Source: a virus. From it: a stretch of DNA of 40,831 nucleotides. The position numbers and the translations under genes were made by a program. Positions 1-7,890 of this stretch are shown here, in pieces. Position 1 is the first letter of the stretch, and each line of letters starts with the position of its first letter. The notes beneath the pieces are model-generated. The model had not been told where the DNA came from. It was given only the letters and a program-made list of their open reading frames with translations, and did no database searches. The DNA is taken from the IMG/VR virus record IMGVR_UViG_3300045988_122236, positions 1 through 40,831 of that record; one strand, 5' to 3'.

Positions 1-26
1 CTACAAGCAAGGTATTTCTTACAGCC
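1..26. repeat. Left copy of a 26-bp terminal direct repeat (ctacaagcaaggtatttcttacagcc), identical to 40806..40831. It marks a circular or circularly permuted contig overlap.
   Basis: Exact string match read directly at both ends of the window. Confidence 0.95.
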
Positions 27-77
27 TTGATTTTTGCAGTATCTGTTTACCGTCTTGAAAAATTCAACTGCGTCCAT
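1..77 (-). CDS. 5' part of a junction-spanning ORF (MDAVEFFKTVNRYCKNQGCKKYLAC...). It continues in frame at 40805 down to 40532.
   Basis: The ATG at 77 overlaps the TGA of the 77..403 ORF (TGATG). 25 codons plus 2 nt reach base 1. After removing the 26-bp overlap the frame continues as R-G-D-L-C-M-I-W into the 40532..40798 track ORF. Confidence 0.6.
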   Translation of the reverse strand, partial: MDAVEFFKTVNRYCKNQGCKKYLAC

Positions 78-403
78 CACAATTCCTCCAATCTCAAAAT
101 TTCATCCCATGTGATTTTGTCATACCCGCGCTGCACATACTGGCCGTAGGAGATGTCCAGCGCGGCAGCTTCTCTTACGCATTGTTCAATGGATTTGATG
201 CGGGGTTTCAGTGCTGCCGCTTTATCCGGCTTTTTTGCCTGCATGGCAGAAATAACGCCTTGCTGCTGCGCTTTCTTTTTCTCGTAGTTCTGCTTTGCCT
301 TTTGTCTTGCTTTTTCTTTTATGCAAGTATCGCAAAACCGCTTGCATGGCTGCACGTCCCACATCATCTTGCCGCATTTCTTGCAGAATTTAGATACTGT
401 CAT
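77..403 (-). CDS. Hypothetical early protein with an N-terminal Cys4 zinc-ribbon-like motif (CKKCG...CKRFCDTC).
   Basis: 108-aa ORF. SD GGAGGAG lies 6 nt upstream of the ATG at 403. It sits in the co-directional early gene string. Confidence 0.7.
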   Translation of the reverse strand: MTVSKFCKKCGKMMWDVQPCKRFCDTCIKEKARQKAKQNYEKKKAQQQGVISAMQAKKPDKAAALKPRIKSIEQCVREAAALDISYGQYVQRGYDKITWDEILRLEEL

Positions 404-738
404 AGCGGCTCCTCCGTCTTTTTGGCATCAATGCCGATGCCCTGTAGTGTTACCTGTGCCCAAAGGTCTGCAAGCTGGTCGTTGCGGTACTCATTGTATT
501 TGTCGGCCACCGGGCCGGTCATGTAATTTTGGATTTTAACCAACGTCCGGCGGGATAAGCCTGCCTGATAGCAGGCCAGCAAGCAAAGATATGTTGCCCT
601 TGTGGCAATGTCGTTGCGCTCTTTCATTACCGCTTCATAGGCGCGGGATTTAATGTCCTTAATTTTTTCTTCGGCATATTCGTCAACGGCTTTCTGCAAT
701 GCCGGGGTAGGGTGTAGTCTTGCTTTCACGTCTTTCAA
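400..738 (-). CDS. Hypothetical early protein.
   Basis: 112-aa ORF. Its TTG start overlaps the TGA of the upstream gene (TTGA). It is co-directional and tightly packed. Confidence 0.55.
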   Translation of the reverse strand: MKDVKARLHPTPALQKAVDEYAEEKIKDIKSRAYEAVMKERNDIATRATYLCLLACYQAGLSRRTLVKIQNYMTGPVADKYNEYRNDQLADLWAQVTLQGIGIDAKKTEEPL

Positions 739-941
739 CTCTTTCCTGTTTTGTATAATCCGTATTTTCTGACATCTCGGCGGATTTTAATTCCGCGCTC
801 TGCATCTGCCGCGTCCGCTGCGGCATCTGCAAGCCGCTGTGCGCGGATTTTTTCAAACATGGCAGCATACTCGCCGTAGCGATTGCAAGCGCTGTGGCAG
901 TGCGCATGGCGGTCTTGGCAGTCTTTACACGGGCTGGTCAT
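735..941 (-). CDS. Small Cys/His-rich protein (MTSPCKDCQDRHAHCHSACNRY...).
   Basis: The ATG at 941 has GAGGAG about 10 nt upstream. The longer track ORF (to 992) would overlap rusA by 68 nt, so the trimmed start is preferred. Confidence 0.55.
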   Translation of the reverse strand: MTSPCKDCQDRHAHCHSACNRYGEYAAMFEKIRAQRLADAAADAADAERGIKIRRDVRKYGLYKTGKS

Positions 942-1323
942 CGTCCTGCATCTCCTCGATAAAAATTTCGGTGCGGGGGTTGGATTTGTCATACATCACG
1001 CAAGAGCCGTCTACGCTGGCGATGATGGTGTTGTTGTCGTCTGCAAGGATTTTGGCGGCTACAAGCGTGTCATGGCAGGCTTCGAGCAAGTTCGTGAGGT
1101 CTACTTTGCGGCGGGTTGGCATGTAGAACACCGTTGCGACGCGGTAACGTCCTGACAGCGGGGCTTTCGGCTTTGGGGTGAGATACCACATGGCGGCCTG
1201 TTCGTACTTCTTGTACTGCTTGCTGGGGGCGATGAACGGCTTGCCGGTGCGGTGGTTTGTAAGTATCTGCTGTGAGTTCTTTTTTGTGATAGGGGGCAGG
1301 GAGATTATGTATTTTTGTATCAC
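925..1323 (-). CDS. rusA: RusA-family Holliday-junction resolvase.
   Basis: 132 aa. RusA-like pattern: PPITKKNS..., KPFIAPSKQYKKYE, DLTNLLEACHDTLVAAKILADDN. The GTG start overlaps the upstream stop (GTGA). Confidence 0.8.
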   Translation of the reverse strand: MIQKYIISLPPITKKNSQQILTNHRTGKPFIAPSKQYKKYEQAAMWYLTPKPKAPLSGRYRVATVFYMPTRRKVDLTNLLEACHDTLVAAKILADDNNTIIASVDGSCVMYDKSNPRTEIFIEEMQDDDQPV

Positions 1324-1508
1324 GGTACAATCTCCTTTACTTTCGCGTAGTACTTCTCGCTGTACCAGATGTCCGGCAGGCGGGGGTTTTGGGTAAAGCC
1401 CGCCTTTCGCAGCTCCTTTTCGGCTGCGCCGGTGGTAGTGTAGGTCTGGTGAGAGTGGCGGATGTCACCGGTAGAGCGGGAGTAAGTGATGATTTCAATA
1501 CGTTTCAT
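1320..1508 (-). CDS. Hypothetical small early protein.
   Basis: 62-aa ORF in the operon string with an ATG start. Confidence 0.5.
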   Translation of the reverse strand: MKRIEIITYSRSTGDIRHSHQTYTTTGAAEKELRKAGFTQNPRLPDIWYSEKYYAKVKEIVP

Positions 1509-1680
1509 TCATCAATCTATCTGCTGCCTCAATCAGCCGTTTCGCGGTGGAATAGCAATCAGACATTTCTTCAACCATCGGTTTGATTTTTTCTCGGATT
1601 CCATCGGCAGTATCCAAAACTCTTTCAGCATATCGGAGATATATTTCTGCCATTTTCTGTCTAAATTCTTTATCACTCAT
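1495..1680 (-). CDS. Hypothetical small early protein (MSDKEFRQKMAEIY...).
   Basis: ATG at 1680 with GAGGT 8 nt upstream. It overlaps the dnaB stop by 8 nt. Confidence 0.55.
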   Translation of the reverse strand: MSDKEFRQKMAEIYLRYAERVLDTADGIREKIKPMVEEMSDCYSTAKRLIEAADRLMNETY

Positions 1681-2929
1681 GTTTTGATACCTCACAAAAT
1701 AGATGAAATGGTTTTACCCACACAAAATCCAGTTGGCCGCAGGCACCGTGCCGGTTTTTTACTACCTCTATCACGGTGTCCCCATCGGTGGGCGGATTGA
1801 TTTCTTGCGTTTCCCGGTTTTTAGTGTACATGCCGGGGTTGATAGCGATTATTATATCTGCATCATGCTCGATAGTCGCGGAGCCGAACATGTCCGACAT
1901 TTTAATCATGCCCGTATCGGCGGCTCTCGCGGCCTGTACGAGTTCGATAATGCATATATGATATTTCATGGCAAGCTGCTTTAAACCCCGTGTGAGGGCT
2001 GCCAGCTCGTCGTTACGCTTTTCTTTAGCGTTTGGCGGTGCAACAAGGCCCAGATGGTCAATAACGACTACTTCCGGCTTGCGCTCTTTGATCGTGGTTT
2101 CTACATCGGCAAGGCTGGTCAGGCTGGAATCATCCAGTATCAGGCGGTACTTGCTTTTCAGGTGATCTGCTGCCTCACGGATGGCGTATTCTTCCTCCGG
2201 CGTCAGGCGATGGTTTGTGATACGGGTGCTGTCTATCTGTGCCCAGCGTGAGAAGATGGCGGTATAAAGCTGTTCGCGGCTCATCTCCATGGATTGATAC
2301 AGCGTCAGCGCGTTTTGGGAGATCTGGCAGGCCATCTGCAAAGCCAGCGTTGATTTGCCCTTGCCAGGGCGGGCAGCAATTACGGTAACGCCATTGCGGG
2401 CAAGACCGCCGGTCATGGTGTCCAGGCTGCCAAACCCGGTTTGGATACTGTCGCTTGGTTTTTTCATCCAGGATAGGAACGCATCAATGCCATCGGCAAA
2501 ATCTTTTGCGCTGCGCTCCTTCTGGTGGGCCATAATGTACTGCTGGCGTTCCGCAATGTGGAACAGCGCAGCGCTCATTTCATCGGCATCACCATCATCG
2601 GTCAACAGCTTTGTTAATGCCGCTGTCAGCTCACGCTTTCTCCATCCGTCCATAACGCAGTTGATATAGGTGTTGTAGCCGGATATGGATGGAACCGTTT
2701 CAAAGCACTGCATGGCGAGCACTTTTGTGTCGTCATCGCATTTGGAAATAACCGATACCGTATCAGCCCTCTGGCCTTTATCGGCCATATCCTTGCAAAG
2801 CAGGAAGATATTCCCAAGCGCTTTCAGCTCAAACATTTTGTAGGTCAGGGAAGAAAAAGCATCGTCCTGCAATTCCGGTTTCATAAGCATAATGCCGATA
2901 ACAGCTTTTTCCGCTACGATGGTATTCAT
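1673..2929 (-). CDS. dnaB: Replicative DNA helicase, DnaB family.
   Basis: Walker A ARPGKGKST. DnaB-type N-terminal domain (AEKAVIGIMLMKPELQ). The ATG at 2929 has a GGAGGAGG SD and forms an ATGA overlap with the upstream stop. Confidence 0.85.
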   Translation of the reverse strand: MNTIVAEKAVIGIMLMKPELQDDAFSSLTYKMFELKALGNIFLLCKDMADKGQRADTVSVISKCDDDTKVLAMQCFETVPSISGYNTYINCVMDGWRKRELTAALTKLLTDDGDADEMSAALFHIAERQQYIMAHQKERSAKDFADGIDAFLSWMKKPSDSIQTGFGSLDTMTGGLARNGVTVIAARPGKGKSTLALQMACQISQNALTLYQSMEMSREQLYTAIFSRWAQIDSTRITNHRLTPEEEYAIREAADHLKSKYRLILDDSSLTSLADVETTIKERKPEVVVIDHLGLVAPPNAKEKRNDELAALTRGLKQLAMKYHICIIELVQAARAADTGMIKMSDMFGSATIEHDADIIIAINPGMYTKNRETQEINPPTDGDTVIEVVKNRHGACGQLDFVWVKPFHLFCEVSKHE

Positions 2930-3711
2930 GCTTTCGCCTCCTCCCATCCCACGATTTTCGGGACAACTCCATTCATCCGTTCTTCAAACGTGTACTCACG
3001 GTCAAACACAGGCCGCAGGTTATCAGTAGAGCGGACAGTAGTAGGCGGCTTGGATGCTTCATCCTGCCAGCGCTTTTGATTCAACCATGTAGACGGGTTT
3101 GGGATGTACTTGCCATTCTCACGCTGCCACTGGTCAGTGGTCTTGAGGTACTCAAGGCTGGACAGGATGGCGGACAGGGTTGATTCATCCGGCACAAGCT
3201 TTTTAAATTTTTTACGGGCATCTGCCTTGCCGACCTTCTTTGGGTAAGCTGCCCAGAAACGGTCAAAGGAAGGGGAATCCGCGTCAACCCCCGTGGGGGG
3301 TATAGGGGGTATTTCTTTACTTCTTACCTTCTTAGTATTAGAGGGTTTGTTGCTCGTTTGTTGCTCGTTTGTTGCTGGATTGTTAGAGTCTTTGTTGATT
3401 GCCTGATAATCGGCATAATTATTTATCGTGTAAACGGTGAATTTTGACGTTGCGTTCTTTGTTACTTCGTTTGTTGAAATTAGCTTGCCTAAAGCAGTAC
3501 GAATTTGTTGCGTTGTCAGGCCAAGCTTTACGCTCATTTCCTTGACTGTTGTAACAACTTGGCCGCGTTCCAGCGGGATACCACGATAAAATTTATCCTC
3601 ATAGCTGGCAATCAGCAGCAGGTGAATAAACACGTCCTTTGTGGGGCCGTCATCATACCAGCCCCATTCGAGCATTTTTCTGTACAGCTTGATGAAGCCC
3701 TCATTTGCCAT
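2926..3711 (-). CDS. Phage replication initiator / helicase-loading organiser (winged-helix N-terminus, DnaD-like C-terminus).
   Basis: N-terminus FIKLYRKMLEWGWY...TQQIRTALGKLIS and C-terminal FDRFWAAYPKKVGKADARKKFKKL are typical of phage replication proteins. It lies directly upstream of dnaB. Confidence 0.65.
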   Translation of the reverse strand: MANEGFIKLYRKMLEWGWYDDGPTKDVFIHLLLIASYEDKFYRGIPLERGQVVTTVKEMSVKLGLTTQQIRTALGKLISTNEVTKNATSKFTVYTINNYADYQAINKDSNNPATNEQQTSNKPSNTKKVRSKEIPPIPPTGVDADSPSFDRFWAAYPKKVGKADARKKFKKLVPDESTLSAILSSLEYLKTTDQWQRENGKYIPNPSTWLNQKRWQDEASKPPTTVRSTDNLRPVFDREYTFEERMNGVVPKIVGWEEAKA

Positions 3712-3714
3712 TTT

Positions 3715-3924
3715 TCAACACTCCATGTAATACTCGGCATAGCTGACTTTTTCGCCGTAGCGGTTCTTGCTGCTTGCCGTTCGCTTTTGGATGGGTACGC
3801 CGCGCTTTTTCAGATCATTGATGCGGGAAGCAAGGCGGTAGATGCCGTATTCCTGCATAGCCTGTGCAGCGGTCAAGCTGCCGCCGCTCTCTAAGTGGCG
3901 AAGGATTCTGTCACATTGTGTCAC
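3715..3924 (-). CDS. Small winged-helix/HTH DNA-binding protein.
   Basis: 69 aa, ILRHLESGGSLTAAQAMQEYGIYRLASRINDLKKRG. Confidence 0.6.
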   Translation of the reverse strand: MTQCDRILRHLESGGSLTAAQAMQEYGIYRLASRINDLKKRGVPIQKRTASSKNRYGEKVSYAEYYMEC

Positions 3925-3952
3925 GGTGCATCACCTGTCTTTCTTTCAAAAA

Positions 3953-4396
3953 TCAAAAGGGAAGGTCGCCCTCGTCATCGTCAATCGGGGCGTAGTCTGC
4001 ATCGGGTTCGCCATGCGTGCGCTGTGAGGGGGCTGCGGGGCGCTGTGCGGCGTTCTGTGGGGTGGGGCTAGTACTTTCCTTACTGCCGCAGAAATTCACG
4101 TTCTGGGCCACGATTTCGGTCGCTGTGCGGTTCTGGCCGTTCTTGTCCTGATACTGGCGGGTCTGTAAGCGGCCATCAATGGCGATCAGCGCACCTTTGG
4201 GGAAGTATTTGCAGACAAACTCTGCGGTTTTGCCCCAGGCAGTAACGTCCAGCCAGTTGGTCTGGTTCTGGCCGCTGGCATCCTTATAGCCGGAATCGTT
4301 GGCGATGCGGAAAGAGCAGACGGATTTACCGCTGTTCGTGGTTTTGATCTCCGGGTCTTTGACCATACGGCCGATGATAGCAACAACATTCAACAT
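3953..4396 (-). CDS. ssb: Single-stranded DNA-binding protein.
   Basis: OB-fold SSB pattern (NVVAIIGRMVKDPEIK...WLDVTAWGKTAEF...IDGRLQTRQY) and acidic tail DDDEGDLPF. Confidence 0.92.
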   Translation of the reverse strand: MLNVVAIIGRMVKDPEIKTTNSGKSVCSFRIANDSGYKDASGQNQTNWLDVTAWGKTAEFVCKYFPKGALIAIDGRLQTRQYQDKNGQNRTATEIVAQNVNFCGSKESTSPTPQNAAQRPAAPSQRTHGEPDADYAPIDDDEGDLPF

Positions 4397-4399
4397 AGA

Positions 4400-4771
4400 T
4401 TAGTCCTCCGTAATATCGAGATAGTTTTTGTAAAAGCGGCGGCGAAAGTCAGACACCGTCCAGTGGGAGTAGGCCATTGCATGGCGTTGGCCATCTTGTT
4501 CAAGCCACAGCCGCGTAGCGGCACAGTTATGTACAGCGTCAGGCGCGTTTCTATGGCAATCTGCACACAGAGGAACCCAAAGACCGTATTGCTTGCTTTT
4601 GTCGCGGCGGCCATTGTATTTGCTCCCGCTGCCAAAAAATATTTCATGGCGCTCGGTCGGTTTCCATTGCTGGCATTTGTAGCATTTAAACCCATCAATC
4701 GGCATAATAGATGGCGCATACCCGTTTCGGTCAAGCTGAACGCCGTATTCATTGCGTGTCGGTCGGCGCAT
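4400..4771 (-). CDS. HNH-type nuclease of the recombination module (NinG/Rap- or DUF968-like).
   Basis: CYKC...HEIFFG...PLCADCHRNAPDAVH metal-finger pattern. It sits between the NinB-like gene and ssb. Confidence 0.55.
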   Translation of the reverse strand: MRRPTRNEYGVQLDRNGYAPSIMPIDGFKCYKCQQWKPTERHEIFFGSGSKYNGRRDKSKQYGLWVPLCADCHRNAPDAVHNCAATRLWLEQDGQRHAMAYSHWTVSDFRRRFYKNYLDITED

Positions 4772-5300
4772 CGTCTGTCAGTCCTTTCAGTTTTGCGATT
4801 TCTTCCGGGGTCATGGTGGGAATGCCCTGCTGTTGGCATTCCTGCACAATCAGCTCAATCAGGCGGTGCATCTGAGATGTATCAAACACGCTGGAACCGT
4901 ACCAGCATTGCAGGGTGTAGAACGCGCCCTGCGGGGTTGCCATTTCGTCTAACTTATGCACCTGCCAGCCATCGCCTTTCGCTTCCCAGCCGACCTTAAA
5001 CGCCTTAGCGGCGGGGGCTGAAATTGTGATAATAGCAGAGCTGCCGCCGATGTCGCGTATCAAATCTCGGTAGATGTCCAGTACAGGGCGGTTGATTTTG
5101 GCGGCAAGCTGATTCATGAGCGTCCAAGCATAAGCGTTGGCAGACAGGCTGCGCTTTTGTGAGGCCGTGCCGATGACGGCGGCAAGGGGCTTGTTTTCGT
5201 CGATGACAGCGCGGACTTTATCGCAATCAGCCGGGTAACATTCCAGCGTGATTGTGTTGCCGATAACAACGGCCTGTTTGATGGAGATTTGTTGCTTCAT
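4749..5300 (-). CDS. NinB/Orf-like recombination mediator.
   Basis: KRSLSANAYAWTLMNQLA and SSVFDTSQMHRLIELIVQECQQQGI parallel the lambda NinB signature (RSLDQN..W..L and STSRM..EF.ELLE.I..FG.E.GV). Judged from memory, not by alignment. Confidence 0.5.
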   Translation of the reverse strand: MKQQISIKQAVVIGNTITLECYPADCDKVRAVIDENKPLAAVIGTASQKRSLSANAYAWTLMNQLAAKINRPVLDIYRDLIRDIGGSSAIITISAPAAKAFKVGWEAKGDGWQVHKLDEMATPQGAFYTLQCWYGSSVFDTSQMHRLIELIVQECQQQGIPTMTPEEIAKLKGLTDDAPTDTQ

Positions 5301-6004
5301 TTTCTGTGTTCAAACTCCTTTGCAACGCTGCGCCAATCATCATCGGTGAAGTCCTTAAACAACTTGCCAATAAAGGTCTTTGCTTCTGTTTGGACTGTCT
5401 TTTTGTCCTTACCAGTTCGCTGTGCATATCCTGCCAGCGCAGTTGTTGCCATGTCCTTTACGACCTGTGCGGTAACTTCTGGCGCTGCTGTGACAGGCTG
5501 CGGTTCTTCTTCATAGCGCTCTTTAAATTCATCTGCTTCACTGTCGGAATAGATGCCGTCAAACGCAAGTTTGCAGATTTTTAAAACAACACGGTCAAAC
5601 AAACGTTTGTATGCCATTGCATAAGGGTACGCATTCTTGCAATTTTGAGCGGATGCCTCGCCGACCTCGTACAAACCCTGCTCCTTATTGGCATAGGTAA
5701 ATACAAGGGAATTTCCATAGCCGGACTTATCAACGGAAACGCAATCCGGGTTAAACTTGTCCTTCTCAGGAAGATTGTCATTTATTTTCAGACAAGCGTT
5801 GTGGCTGATTATCAATCCCGTGTATATCATCTTTCCGGTTTTTGTCTCATTCATAAGAATCCAAAAATCAGACTCCTTGAGGTATTTGCGATCTTCAAGG
5901 GTTTTTAATGCTTTTTCACGGCTTGCTCGATACTTTGCACTCTGAATTACAGGAATTTCTTGTCGTGATTTGAGCGAATACTCATATTCCTTCTCGCCAA
6001 ACAT
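5297..6004 (-). CDS. Hypothetical early protein, possibly an annealase/ERF-like partner. Function unassigned.
   Basis: The ATG at 6004 overlaps the upstream stop (ATGA). The longer track start at 6055 lacks support. The AYPYAMAYKRLFDRVVLK motif is only vaguely ERF-like. Confidence 0.6.
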   Translation of the reverse strand: MFGEKEYEYSLKSRQEIPVIQSAKYRASREKALKTLEDRKYLKESDFWILMNETKTGKMIYTGLIISHNACLKINDNLPEKDKFNPDCVSVDKSGYGNSLVFTYANKEQGLYEVGEASAQNCKNAYPYAMAYKRLFDRVVLKICKLAFDGIYSDSEADEFKERYEEEPQPVTAAPEVTAQVVKDMATTALAGYAQRTGKDKKTVQTEAKTFIGKLFKDFTDDDWRSVAKEFEHRK

Positions 6005-6351
6005 CAGATAGCTTCTCCTTCCGGGTCTGGTGTGGTTAGGTGGATGCGGTAGCACTCCGGCGGGCAGGTGTGCTCAAGCGGAACGGCACGAACTACAGGC
6101 TTTTCAATGTATTCACCATCCACGAACGTAAAAATTGTCATGTTGCGGCGACTGCCGCTGGAAAAAAAGCGCAGCTTAAAAGCCTCTTCCAGCGCTTCAA
6201 TTTCCTCTTTTGTAAGGCTAGACAAAGTCGTTCCAAATCCTGTTATGCTGTAGATTCGTGGGCGATTAGCCACATACTTTACAATTTTTGCTACCGATAA
6301 AAGCTGCGAGTATAACTGTAGCGCAATATTCGCTTTTTCCAATTGTGTCAT
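6004..6351 (-). CDS. Hypothetical early protein.
   Basis: 115-aa ORF with ATGA coupling at both ends. Confidence 0.6.
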   Translation of the reverse strand: MTQLEKANIALQLYSQLLSVAKIVKYVANRPRIYSITGFGTTLSSLTKEEIEALEEAFKLRFFSSGSRRNMTIFTFVDGEYIEKPVVRAVPLEHTCPPECYRIHLTTPDPEGEAI

Positions 6352-6536
6352 CTGTCATCCTCCATGCAGGCAGGTTCTTCCCAAGCGTCGTTCTGGGTGA
6401 TGCAGTTCTCACATCCAAGAACCTCGTTGCCTTGCTTATAAATGATGATGCATTCATCTCCGCATACCGGGCAGTGGGGGTGGCGGGGTTCGTCAGGCGG
6501 AAAGGGGTTATCTTGATGCCCCCAAAAGCTGGTCAT
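6348..6536 (-). CDS. Small zinc-ribbon protein (CPVCG...CENC).
   Basis: 62-aa ORF with ATGA coupling at both ends. Confidence 0.6.
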   Translation of the reverse strand: MTSFWGHQDNPFPPDEPRHPHCPVCGDECIIIYKQGNEVLGCENCITQNDAWEEPACMEDDR

Positions 6537-7231
6537 TCGTCGGCCTCCTGATTTTCTTCCCCATCAGAAAAATGAAGCTCCATCAAGTCGGCAATTGCGA
6601 GGTACTCTTTGGCGTATTTGCTGTCGCCGTGGGTTTTCTTGACGATTTCGCGGAACTGCGCCAAATCACCATAAAAGCAACCGCACTGTACGCGGAGAAT
6701 TTTATCCTTGCAGCGAAAAAATGTGGTCGCGCGGAAGTATCTGCCAAACCCTTTGACGGCGGCATAGTCCGCATTGCCGGAGACCTGCGCATCGCCGGAG
6801 ACCTCCGCATTGCCGGAGACCTGCGCATTGCCGGAGACCTGCGCATCGCCGGAGACCAGCGCATTGCCGGAGACCCGCGCATTGCCGTAGACCAGCGCAT
6901 TGCCGGAGACCAGCGCATTGCCGTAGACCAGCGCATTGCCGGAGACCAGCGCATTGCCGTAGACCCACGCATCGCCGGAGACCCGCGCATTGCCGGAGAC
7001 CCGCGCATTGCCGTAGACCCGCGCATTGCCGTAGACCCGCGCATTGCCGTAGACCAGCGCATCGCCGTAGACCCACGCATCGCCGTCGTGGGAGAGGTTG
7101 TCTCCCTTCTCAATAAATCCGCCAAGTTCTCCCTTCTCGACGTTGCCAAAAGCGACGAGAGCCTTAATGCGGAACAGCTTCTTCCCAAAAACATTCGTTA
7201 CAAATTCGGCGGTCAGTTCAAATTTTTTCAT
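6533..7231 (-). CDS. Hexapeptide-repeat (predicted left-handed beta-helix) protein with a Cys-containing C-terminal domain.
   Basis: ATG at 7231 with an AGGAGG SD. About 17 consecutive V-[YS]-G-[ND]-A-x hexads, flanked by non-repetitive N- and C-terminal domains. Confidence 0.75.
   Translation of the reverse strand: MKKFELTAEFVTNVFGKKLFRIKALVAFGNVEKGELGGFIEKGDNLSHDGDAWVYGDALVYGNARVYGNARVYGNARVSGNARVSGDAWVYGNALVSGNALVYGNALVSGNALVYGNARVSGNALVSGDAQVSGNAQVSGNAEVSGDAQVSGNADYAAVKGFGRYFRATTFFRCKDKILRVQCGCFYGDLAQFREIVKKTHGDSKYAKEYLAIADLMELHFSDGEENQEADE
6771..7088. repeat. Phased 18-bp tandem array (about 17.5 units, consensus gcattgccggagaccngc on the + strand) inside the hexapeptide gene.
   Basis: Units were read one by one and differ by 1-3 substitutions. 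The absence of stops leaves several frames open on both strands (four overlapping track ORFs). Confidence 0.95.
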
Positions 7232-7394
7232 GGCTGGATTCCTCCTTAAAGTACAGCCCACACAGCAGATTCAGGGCCAGCAGTGCGAGGACGGTTACGG
7301 GAATGTTCAGGCTGCCGAGCGCCGCCAGCAGCAGCACCAAATCTGCGGTGATTGCCAGCTTAACGGCGGCGCGTTTCAGTGATACAATATTCAT
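7218..7394 (-). CDS. Small (58 aa) membrane protein.
   Basis: ATG at 7394 with an AGAGGAAA SD. Hydrophobic stretch LVLLLAALGSLNIPVTVLALLALNLLCGL. Confidence 0.5.
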   Translation of the reverse strand: MNIVSLKRAAVKLAITADLVLLLAALGSLNIPVTVLALLALNLLCGLYFKEESSHEKI

Positions 7395-7459
7395 GTAATA
7401 AGTTTCCTCTCTATTTTTGCCGCGTCGGTGCGCCAACACCGATGCGGCGTTTTTTTGTT

Positions 7460-7657
7460 TCAGCATATAAGGCTTGCGATTTGTTCGCAGGTCATGTTGT
7501 GTATGCTGCCATAGTGCATCCAGACCCAGTTGCGGGAGCGGCCGAGAATCTTTGCAACCTTAGTAGGGCCGAAAAGCATCTCGCCGGGGTAAAGCTCGGC
7601 AGCGCGGGCACGGACGGTGACAAGGGTATCACGGTATAGGGGCTTTTCACGGGGCAT
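7460..7657 (-). CDS. Small HTH protein (excisionase/AlpA-like or early regulator).
   Basis: 65 aa, PTKVAKILGRSRNWVWMHYG. It is the second gene of the early operon. Confidence 0.5.
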   Translation of the reverse strand: MPREKPLYRDTLVTVRARAAELYPGEMLFGPTKVAKILGRSRNWVWMHYGSIHNMTCEQIASLIC

Positions 7658-7663
7658 GGCGGG

Positions 7664-7849
7664 TTACTCCTTTCTTAAAAGGTCGTCTACGGTGCAGCCG
7701 TAGAGCTTGGCCATAAGGACGAGCGTTGCGGCGCGGGGCATGTTCTCGCCGGTTTCCCAGCGGCATACAGCCGACTGGTCAACACCGAGTTCCTTTGCTA
7801 CCTGCGATTGGGAAAGACCTGCTTTCTGGCGGGCCTGTGCAAATGCCAT
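7664..7849 (-). CDS. Cro-like XRE-family HTH regulator.
   Basis: MAFAQARQKAGLSQSQVAKELGVDQSAVCRWETGENMP is a classic XRE HTH. The ATG at 7849 lies 5 nt after GGAGGTGA. It is divergent from the CI-like gene. Confidence 0.85.
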   Translation of the reverse strand: MAFAQARQKAGLSQSQVAKELGVDQSAVCRWETGENMPRAATLVLMAKLYGCTVDDLLRKE

Positions 7850-7873
7850 AAATCTCACCTCCCGATATGAAAT

Positions 7874-7890
7874 AATGAGATAATCTCATT
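7874..7890. promoter_or_regulatory. Operator-like perfect inverted repeat AATGAGA-taa-TCTCATT abutting the rightward -35. The half-site TCTCATT recurs at 7998..8004.
   Basis: Read directly from the sequence. Confidence 0.6.

Noticed and set aside
6771-7088. Regular 18-bp repeat array that could be mistaken for a CRISPR or other spacer-repeat locus.
   Set aside because: The units are contiguous with no spacers. They lie in phase inside a well-supported ORF and encode a hexapeptide beta-helix motif.
6572-7249. Long ORFs in other frames and on the other strand across the repeat (6572..7249 +, 6583..7194 -, 6702..7076 -).
   Set aside because: They are open only because the 18-bp unit lacks stop codons. 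They translate to monotonous RIAGD/AMRGS/CAGLRQ repeats, have no SD, and overlap the SD-led 6533..7231 gene.
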